A DNA stretch of 64,000 bases from Lepidodermella squamata. Taxonomy: Eukaryota; Animalia; Gastrotricha. The stretch lies in assembly GCA_047495785.1 (NCBI GenBank), contig JBLDXI010000030.1, positions 1-64,000 on the forward strand, read 5' to 3'. Positions 63,034 to 64,000 of the stretch are shown here, one piece after another. Below the pieces are notes generated by a model, which did no database searches, was not told the origin of the DNA, and saw nothing but the letters and a program-made list of their open reading frames with translations. A program made the translations under genes and the position numbers. Position 1 is the stretch's first letter. Each line of letters starts with the position of its first letter.

Positions 63034-64000
63034 CTAATTTTTCATAAGAATGAATAGATACAAGTCAGCGACGCACAAAATCACAGAAAGAACGGTAAAC
63101 GTAACAAAATCAACAAGTCTCACGCGGGAAATCGAGAAAAGTTTACCAGGAAAAGCAGACTCTCTGAAAAACGGTCTCTTAGCAAGTTCGCAAGCTAACA
63201 AAGTATAGATTGTGATAAGAACAGCGGCACCGAGTTGAATAGACAGAAAAATAATGGCGTAAGGAATGTTGTTAGTTTTAGGCACAGATTCATTGATAGC
63301 AGCTTGAGACACTGAAAAGGCAAGTACAACAGTTACAAGAAAAACAGGTCTATCTGCAGATTCCGGGTCTAGGAATGCTCCCACTAGAAGTAGAATCGTA
63401 AGGCATATCGTTGGGTAAAACACGTTGACCAAGAACAGATGAGGCCGGCGTTTGAAGACGTAGGTGAAGATCACTCGGTCGTACCCTATATGAGGAGCAA
63501 CCGGGTAATAGATGGTAATATTTTCTCCTGTCATGCTTTCCAAGTTCCATACGGCAGAATCAGTGAGGAAGGGTGCGCTTTTCGCGTCTGCCGACAGGCC
63601 GTACGCCACTTTCGGATCTTTTTCCAATTTGAGACGGTAATTTGCTGTTTGATCATTGGCTTCAAATTGCACATTGCAAATTTGAGTGTCGAAAGGAAAT
63701 TTTTCCAGGCTGCGAGGGTACGAAAGCGTGAAAATACCCTTTAAGGAATAATAATCTTACTTGAGGGGGCAATAAGCGTGGAAAGGAGCGTTGATGTTGA
63801 GGCGGGTGAAGCCTTCGTAACGGAATTTAGACACCCTTCTATCCCCAATTAGCGCATCCACTGAAAGATCTTCAGCGCCATTAAGGAAAGTTATCGCTGG
63901 ATACCAAGTATCCGTGACTTGAACATTGAAAACCTTAACCTGGGCCCAATCGTCTGGATTCCAATGTACGCATGGATGAGTCCATTTCAGGCCTAAATTG
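63034..64000 (-). CDS. Minimal pLGIC subunit I (5' end beyond window)
   Basis: WTHPC, WYPAITFLN, spliced CPLNLEKFPFDTQIC, M2 DRPVFLVTVVL, 4 TM. Confidence 0.85.

Noticed and set aside
100-63744. Numerous 60-160 aa ORFs antisense to Ly6, pLGIC and transposase exons
   Set aside because: Shadow frames of real genes

Overview
Eukaryotic (animal, invertebrate-type) DNA with very short GT-AG introns (mostly ~40-65 nt). The taxon cannot be fixed from the sequence. Two interleaved gene expansions dominate the window. (i) About 20 Ly6/uPAR three-finger (LU) domains of the 8-Cys, CxC-x4-5-CN quiver/sleepless-like type, mostly signal peptide + LU + GPI-like tail. One is a pseudogene, and some probably splice into multi-domain proteins. 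(ii) Nine divergent, minimal Cys-loop ion channel (pLGIC) subunit genes with almost no M3-M4 intracellular loop, no acetylcholine-binding signature, an acidic -1' residue and an extra conserved Cys pair. One is frameshifted and one is cut by the window edge. Also present: four paralogous secreted 8-Cys peptides I cannot assign to a family, a SABATH/Methyltransf_7-like gene, a CCDC17-like gene and a broken GABA-B-like class C GPCR. Transposons include an 8.5-kb Sola2-like element with a nested RAG1/Transib-like element carrying a PB1-like second gene; a young 5.1-kb hAT element (8-bp TSD) that splits one peptide gene and carries a 172-bp tandem array and a tRNA-like cloverleaf; a 4.5-kb TIR element; and several MITEs. 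The best candidate for an undescribed system is the co-expanded minimal-pLGIC plus three-finger cluster. All family assignments come from motif recognition by eye; no searches were run.
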